From Gammaproteobacteria bacterium (GTDB taxonomy: Bacteria; Pseudomonadota; Gammaproteobacteria; Pseudomonadales; Pseudohongiellaceae): 64,000 nucleotides of DNA. The DNA is taken from positions 7,622-71,621 of the forward strand of contig JAURLP010000036.1 in NCBI GenBank assembly GCA_030831165.1, in the 5' to 3' direction. This document shows, piece after piece, positions 58,964 to 64,000 of the stretch. The position numbers were made by a program, and so were the translations under genes. The notes under the pieces are model-generated. The model made no database searches and was not told the origin of the DNA. It was given only the letters and a program-made list of their open reading frames with translations. How positions within the stretch are numbered: position 1 is the stretch's first letter; every line of letters begins with the position of its first letter.

Positions 58964-59425
58964 TTAAGTTTCAGGCTCGTTAGGTTTTGGTGATTCTTTT
59001 GATTCTGGAGATTCTATTGAATTTTCCGATTGTACCGGTTTTTCGGAATTACTGGTAGCGGTGTTAGTTTCAGATTTTGCAGATGAATTGACAGTCTCAG
59101 GCTTTCCACTGTTAAGAATTTGCTGTTTAAGATCTAGGTTTTGTTTCAGACTATCAGTCTGCTTTTTGGCAAGATTGACAGTGTCGGTAATTTGTTTCTT
59201 GCCATCATTGAATTTTTCCATGATGGCTTCATTTCTAAGTTGACGACGAATTTCATCAGCGCCTATTTCTTTTTCAATATCCCGCTTAATGTCATCAAAG
59301 CTGCGTCTGAACCGACCTATCCATAATGCCATCGTACGTAAAGCACCTGGTAGTTTATCTGGCCCAAGAATTAACAAGCCAACTACACCAATTAATAATA
59401 TTTCAAAGAAGCCGACGCCAGTCAT
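58964..59425 (-). CDS. tatB: Twin-arginine translocase subunit TatB
   Basis: N-terminus [22 protein letters not shown] followed by an amphipathic helix. Confidence 0.85.
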   Translation of the reverse strand: MTGVGFFEILLIGVVGLLILGPDKLPGALRTMALWIGRFRRSFDDIKRDIEKEIGADEIRRQLRNEAIMEKFNDGKKQITDTVNLAKKQTDSLKQNLDLKQQILNSGKPETVNSSAKSETNTATSNSEKPVQSENSIESPESKESPKPNEPET

Positions 59426-59446
59426 AAGAAAGCCTTTATAATAAGA

Positions 59447-59695
59447 TTAGGACTTACTTTCTTCTTCAACCTTTTCAGCTTTCACATCAAAAGTATCACC
59501 TTCATCATCTTTTTCACTGATTTTGGCTTGTGAAGTGTTTTCGCCTTTATCACCTTCATCCATAGCACTTTTAAAACCCTTGATTGCTCCACCCAGATCA
59601 GAGCCAAGATTTTTAAGTTTCTTGGTCCCAAACACAAGAAGAATAATGACCAGAATAATGACCAGTTGCCAAATTCCAATTCCACCAAATCCCAT
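59447..59695 (-). CDS. tatA: Twin-arginine translocase subunit TatA
   Basis: [42 protein letters not shown]. Confidence 0.9.
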   Translation of the reverse strand: MGFGGIGIWQLVIILVIILLVFGTKKLKNLGSDLGGAIKGFKSAMDEGDKGENTSQAKISEKDDEGDTFDVKAEKVEEESKS

Positions 59696-59748
59696 AATGT
59701 TCTCCTGCTAAGTTATTATTAATGGTTATATTCGCGCATTGTAGCGTT

Positions 59749-60081
59749 CTAGCTGTTCCCGCGCGATGCTTTTTCGTCCAATCCTGAGGTGCCAAAGCGT
59801 CTTTCCAGTTCGTCAAGAACATCTTGAGGGGCAAGATCCATCTCTGAAAGCATTATCAGGGTATGAAACCAAAGGTCTGCGGTTTCATAGACTAACTTGG
59901 ATTTTTCTTCTCCGTTCTTAACATCTCTTGCGGCAAGTATCGTTTCAACTGCTTCCTCACCAACCTTTTCTAGTATCTTATTTAGTCCTTTGCTTTGTAA
60001 AAGAGCTACATAGGAGGTCGAAGGGTCAGATCCTTTGCGTTCCTGAATTATCTGTGCAATTTTATTTAGCGTATCAGTCAT
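59749..60081 (-). CDS. hisE: Phosphoribosyl-ATP pyrophosphatase
   Basis: [29 protein letters not shown] and [13 protein letters not shown]. Confidence 0.9.
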   Translation of the reverse strand: MTDTLNKIAQIIQERKGSDPSTSYVALLQSKGLNKILEKVGEEAVETILAARDVKNGEEKSKLVYETADLWFHTLIMLSEMDLAPQDVLDELERRFGTSGLDEKASRGNS

Positions 60082-60099
60082 ACTTTAAACCTGATTTTA

Positions 60100-60489
60100 T
60101 TACTTAAAATAGATATCACCAGGTTCTTTCAAAACCGGCTCTGCTTCTTGCCATTCATTATCCACTAATTTGCGATAAAAGCATGATTGGCGTCCAGTAT
60201 GGCAGGCTATCCCGCCGATTTGCTCTACTCCATAAATGAGACAATCAGCATCGCAATCCAGATAAATACCGCTAAGCTTTTGAATATGGCCGGATTCTTC
60301 ACCTTTACGCCAAAGCTTGCTCCTCGAGCGGGACCAATAAACCGCTCTGCCTTCTTTTTGGGCAGCAGCCAGTGCTTCAGCATTTACCCATGCCTGCATC
60401 AGTACTCTACCTGAACTTGCATCCTGTGCAATCACAGGCAGTAATCCGTCTGTGTTCCACTTTAGCTCATCAAGCCAACTCTGTGCCAT
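60100..60489 (-). CDS. hisI: Phosphoribosyl-AMP cyclohydrolase
   Basis: [43 protein letters not shown] and CHTG. ATG at 60489 with GGAG upstream. Confidence 0.92.
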   Translation of the reverse strand: MAQSWLDELKWNTDGLLPVIAQDASSGRVLMQAWVNAEALAAAQKEGRAVYWSRSRSKLWRKGEESGHIQKLSGIYLDCDADCLIYGVEQIGGIACHTGRQSCFYRKLVDNEWQEAEPVLKEPGDIYFK

Positions 60490-60587
60490 TTGCAGCTCCA
60501 ATTTTGGGCTTAATAGACTTAGTAATCCTATCTTTTAAAAGCGCCTAGAATACTCTATTTGGGGTTATTAGTGTGAGATTCAAGGAA

Positions 60588-62225
60588 CTAGCGACGAAAA
60601 TACAGTAATCCTATGCCAGTAAAGCTTAACAGCCATAGTTCCAGGGGCATAGTATCCATAAATTGACCCAATTCAGTGAACATCATGACGATTGCCAGTG
60701 ATAACGCTGCAAGCCCAAAACGAAAGCGCTTTTTGGATAGCTGTTGTTGGGCCTGCTTACTTTCTTTAGCTTGCTCTTTCAACAAGCGTTGGGCTTGACG
60801 TCTAGATATGCGTGTCTCTGATAGAAAGTCGTAGACCAGCTCTGGTAATTCAGGTAATTGCTCCAGTAATTCCGGGACTTTTCCTTTTAATTTTTTTAAA
60901 TTTTCCCAGGGAGATAAGCGTTTTCTTTGCCAATTCTCCAGAAAAGGTAAAGCTGTTTCCCAGAGATCCAGATTTGGATAGAGCTCCTTGCCGAGGCCTT
61001 CAACATTTAGCAAAGTTTTTTGTAATAAAACCAGAGAAGGCTGTAACTCCATATTAAAGCGGCCTGCCGTGCGAAATAACTGCAACAGCAGAGCGCCGAA
61101 TGAAATCTCGCTCAGAGGCTTTTCGAAAATAGGTTCACAGACACTTCTCATAGTTGCTTCAAAAGCATTGATGGGAGTGTCAGGGGGTACCCAGCCACAC
61201 TCTACATGAAGTTCGGCAACCTTACGGTAATCGCGCTTAAAGATGGCTAATAGATTTCTGGCCAGATATTGCTGATCATCTTCACTCAGACTGCCAAAGA
61301 TAGCACAATCTAGAGCAATATATTGAGGCTTATCGGCATGTTCCCGAGAGACAAAAATATTGCCTGGATGCATGTCGGCATGAAAAAAACTGTGATCAAA
61401 AACTTGAGTGAAAAATATTTCCACACCCGTTTCAGCCAGTTTTTTTAAATCTATATTGGCTTTTTTTAACTCATCAATATGGCTTATTGGTATGCCATGA
61501 ATTCGTTCCATGACTAATACATTTTTGCGAGTGTAATCCCAGTATACTTTTGGGACATACAGTACATGATTGTTTTCAAAATTTTTCTTTAATTGGGTGC
61601 CGTTTGCGCCCTCGGCCTGTAGATTAAGTTCATCATGGATGACAAAGTCATAATCTCTAATTATTTCTTTGGCACGTAAACGTTTGCCATCTTTTGTATA
61701 ATTTTCAATGAATGACGCTATTAAATTTAATAAAGCCAAGTCCTGGTCAATGATTTCTTCAATGCCTGGACGTACGACTTTAATGACAACTTCCTCTCCG
61801 GTGAGCAAGCTGGCAGTATGTACTTGTGCAATTGAAGCAGATGCAAGGGGAGCGCTACCAAAATCTTTAAATATATTTTCTATTTTATTTCCAAGTGCCT
61901 GTTCAATAATTTGTTGTGCTTCAACTTCATCGAAAGGAGCAACCTGATCTTGAAGTTTTGCCAATTCATCTGCTATGTCCAATGGCAACATGTCCCTGCG
62001 AGTAGAAAGAAGTTGTCCAAATTTAATGAAAATTGGACCAAGTTCTTCAAGTGCAAGGCGTAATCGGATACCTCTATTTAGATTTGCAGATTGGGTATTG
62101 GACTGAAAGGGAAGTTTAAGTAATAATTTTGCTGGACCATTCAAATTTATATCATTGAAAAGTTCCTGCAAATTATAGCGTGCAGCAACTTTTAGAATGG
62201 TAAGCAGACGTAGATACTTCTTCAC
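60588..62225 (-). CDS. ubiB: Ubiquinone biosynthesis regulatory kinase-like protein UbiB
   Basis: LGPIFIKFGQLLSTRRDMLP, ASASIAQVH, FFHADMHPGNIF and C-terminal TM helices. Confidence 0.93.
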   Translation of the reverse strand: MKKYLRLLTILKVAARYNLQELFNDINLNGPAKLLLKLPFQSNTQSANLNRGIRLRLALEELGPIFIKFGQLLSTRRDMLPLDIADELAKLQDQVAPFDEVEAQQIIEQALGNKIENIFKDFGSAPLASASIAQVHTASLLTGEEVVIKVVRPGIEEIIDQDLALLNLIASFIENYTKDGKRLRAKEIIRDYDFVIHDELNLQAEGANGTQLKKNFENNHVLYVPKVYWDYTRKNVLVMERIHGIPISHIDELKKANIDLKKLAETGVEIFFTQVFDHSFFHADMHPGNIFVSREHADKPQYIALDCAIFGSLSEDDQQYLARNLLAIFKRDYRKVAELHVECGWVPPDTPINAFEATMRSVCEPIFEKPLSEISFGALLLQLFRTAGRFNMELQPSLVLLQKTLLNVEGLGKELYPNLDLWETALPFLENWQRKRLSPWENLKKLKGKVPELLEQLPELPELVYDFLSETRISRRQAQRLLKEQAKESKQAQQQLSKKRFRFGLAALSLAIVMMFTELGQFMDTMPLELWLLSFTGIGLLYFRR

Positions 62226-62320
62226 AATCGATCACTTTAATTATCAAAAGACGACAACGATAGCATAATTACTATGCTGGTTTCAGCGGGGTATAGCAAG
62301 TTCCTTCATATTGGAGAGGC

Positions 62321-62797
62321 TTAACGCTGGTAAATTCCTACAAGTCGATTCATGCCAAGTATATTAGGCTCGATACTTTCTAACAGTTCCCACAGAGTTA
62401 GTCCTGATTTTAAGTCTGTTTGTTTATCCAAAGCCAAGATCCAAAAATAATAGTGATGCAATCCATGCCCTTCAGGAGGCAACGGTCCGTTATAACCTGT
62501 GTTGCCAAAATTGTTTAAACCTTGTGTAAACTGGCTGGTGCCTTCTGCCAATTCAGTTACATCAGCAGGGATGTTGTAGAGCACCCAATGTACAAAGCCG
62601 TAAGATCCATTGGGTGTTACTAAAGGAGCGTCGGGGTCATGACAAATAAGGGCATAGCTTTTGGTCCCTTCTGGGGGGTTCTCCCAGCTTAATGCTGGAG
62701 AAATGTCTTCTGCCTCATTGGAATGCTTACTTGGCATGTGACCATTATTTTCAAAAGTTAAACTTTTTAGTTGTATAGTAGAAAGTGCAAAACCCAT
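62321..62797 (-). CDS. YbhB/YbcL (PEBP / Raf-kinase-inhibitor-like) family protein
   Basis: ISPALSWENPPEGTKSYALICHDPDAP..FVHWVLYNIP..GYNGPLPPEGHGLHHYYFWILAL. Confidence 0.78.
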   Translation of the reverse strand: MGFALSTIQLKSLTFENNGHMPSKHSNEAEDISPALSWENPPEGTKSYALICHDPDAPLVTPNGSYGFVHWVLYNIPADVTELAEGTSQFTQGLNNFGNTGYNGPLPPEGHGLHHYYFWILALDKQTDLKSGLTLWELLESIEPNILGMNRLVGIYQR

Positions 62798-62809
62798 ATA
62801 TAACTCCTT

Positions 62810-63427
62810 TCAAGAATTTCTTTCGAGAATATTGATGCGTGATCCAGTACGATCTATTCTTAAACTTAACTGCTCAATACGCTGGTAAAAGCTTTCTAAT
62901 TCGCCGATCGTTGGCACAATATTTTTTTCTTCATGCAGATATTCATCGATATCCATTGCAAGACTTGAAGCGCTGTATGATATAAAGTTTTTTAGCTTCT
63001 CGATACCATCGCTTAATACTTGTGTTGGGATATCACCTATAACCATACTCAATTGATATTCCCAGTCGATATCAAGTTTGAAAAGAATTGCTTGTAAATC
63101 TTGTATGCTGGAAGCATCTCCCTTCAGTTGGATATTTTCATTTCGGATAACGTGGTCTTTATTTTTTGTGATAAGTAATTTTAATAATACATCAGCAGCC
63201 GCTGAAATTTCGGCATCAGCTTCGTCAGCAATGGCGGTTGTGAGTTGAAAGCCTTTTTCAAGAACGGTGATAAAAATTGAGCAGTTTGGCTTGGTGCATT
63301 TAATCGCAAAAATCTTTCCCTGTAGTTGGGCCAATTTGTTTTTGCTGGCCGGGTCAAGTGTTAATGCTTTATTTAATAATATTTCAGCACTGGATACTCC
63401 AGTGCTTAAAAGTAATTCAAGCGACAT
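62810..63427 (-). CDS. ubiJ: Ubiquinone biosynthesis accessory factor UbiJ (SCP2 domain)
   Basis: Lies downstream of and overlaps ubiE. SCP2-like N-terminal half ([10 protein letters not shown]..) and a helical C-terminus. Confidence 0.7.
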   Translation of the reverse strand: MSLELLLSTGVSSAEILLNKALTLDPASKNKLAQLQGKIFAIKCTKPNCSIFITVLEKGFQLTTAIADEADAEISAAADVLLKLLITKNKDHVIRNENIQLKGDASSIQDLQAILFKLDIDWEYQLSMVIGDIPTQVLSDGIEKLKNFISYSASSLAMDIDEYLHEEKNIVPTIGELESFYQRIEQLSLRIDRTGSRINILERNS

Positions 63428-64000
63428 CTTTATATCCTACATGTATAGCACAGATTCCATCCATAACATCATGATATTCACATCGATGGAAACCAGCATC
63501 CAGAAACATCGCTTTCAATGTTTCCTGATCAGGGTGCATGCGAATGGATTCCACAAGATATTGGTAACTTTCACTATCACCGCTAACAATTTTCCCGGCA
63601 ACTGGCCATAATTTAGAATACAAATCATAAGCTTTACTAATGAGCTGCTTGCGCGGTTTGGAAAATTCAAGAACAACAACCCTGCCCCCGGGTTTAACGA
63701 CTTCATACATCGAACGTAATGCGGCATTTTTGTCCGTAACATTTCTAAGGCCGTAAGCAATACAAACACAATCGAAACTGTTTTTAGCAAAAGGCAGGTT
63801 TTCAGCATTAGCCAAACTATACGAGATATTAGATAAACCGCCCTTGTCAATAATCCTGTCACGGCCAACACGAATCATTGATTCATTAATGTCAGCCAAT
63901 ACCACTTGTCCTTTACTTCCTACTATAGGAGAAAACTGTAAAGAGAAATCACCAGTCCCCCCAGCCAGATCCAGTACCACTTGTCCTGGTCGAAGGGCGC
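63417..64000 (-). CDS. ubiE: Ubiquinone/menaquinone C-methyltransferase UbiE, C-terminal part (5' end outside window)
   Basis: [19 protein letters not shown]-type motif ([14 protein letters not shown]) and [13 protein letters not shown]. The frame is open to the window edge. Confidence 0.88.
   Translation of the reverse strand, partial: ALRPGQVVLDLAGGTGDFSLQFSPIVGSKGQVVLADINESMIRVGRDRIIDKGGLSNISYSLANAENLPFAKNSFDCVCIAYGLRNVTDKNAALRSMYEVVKPGGRVVVLEFSKPRKQLISKAYDLYSKLWPVAGKIVSGDSESYQYLVESIRMHPDQETLKAMFLDAGFHRCEYHDVMDGICAIHVGYKDVA

Overview
This is an AT-rich chromosomal segment (roughly 40% G+C by eye, not computed) from a Gammaproteobacterium. It is gene-dense and mostly housekeeping. Several blocks share gene order with Pseudomonas or E. 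coli: pilT / ruvX-yqgE-tonB-gshB / pilG-like; dapF-lysA-lptM; argH / hemCDXY; ubiD-rho-trxA-hemB; gshA-hslR-yrfG / cysQ; yggX-mutY / hisBHF; ctpA-envC-gpmI / yibN-secB / trmL; ntrBC / thiI-typA-dtd; tatCBA-hisEI-ubiB-ubiJ-ubiE. I found one tRNA (Phe-GAA) and no rRNA, CRISPR array, transposase or integrase. Five things stand out. (1) A convergent eight-gene cluster at 31.1-38.1 kb combines a second-copy-type GTP cyclohydrolase II, a RibD_C-only reductase, an MDR dehydrogenase, a PTPS/QueD-like protein, a GT4 glycosyltransferase and a SAM methyltransferase with a large CDP-alcohol phosphatidyltransferase and a flippase-like membrane protein. I know of no characterised pathway with this composition, and I read it as a candidate route to a GTP-derived, glycosylated and methylated lipid head group. 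(2) A colicin V-like double-glycine-leader peptide gene sits next to a small membrane (immunity-like) gene at 18.1-18.7 kb, with no exporter nearby. (3) A yjbE/yjbH/lipoprotein envelope module lies next to the lipid cluster. (4) A decayed tRNA-Phe fragment lies beside the intact tRNA-Phe. (5) Smaller items include a C7 homopolymer frameshift, a GGA-rich polypurine leader, a candidate sigma54 promoter with NtrC-like sites, and a DedA-flavoprotein fusion paired with an ArsM-like methyltransferase. All family assignments come from motif recognition by eye. No searches were run.
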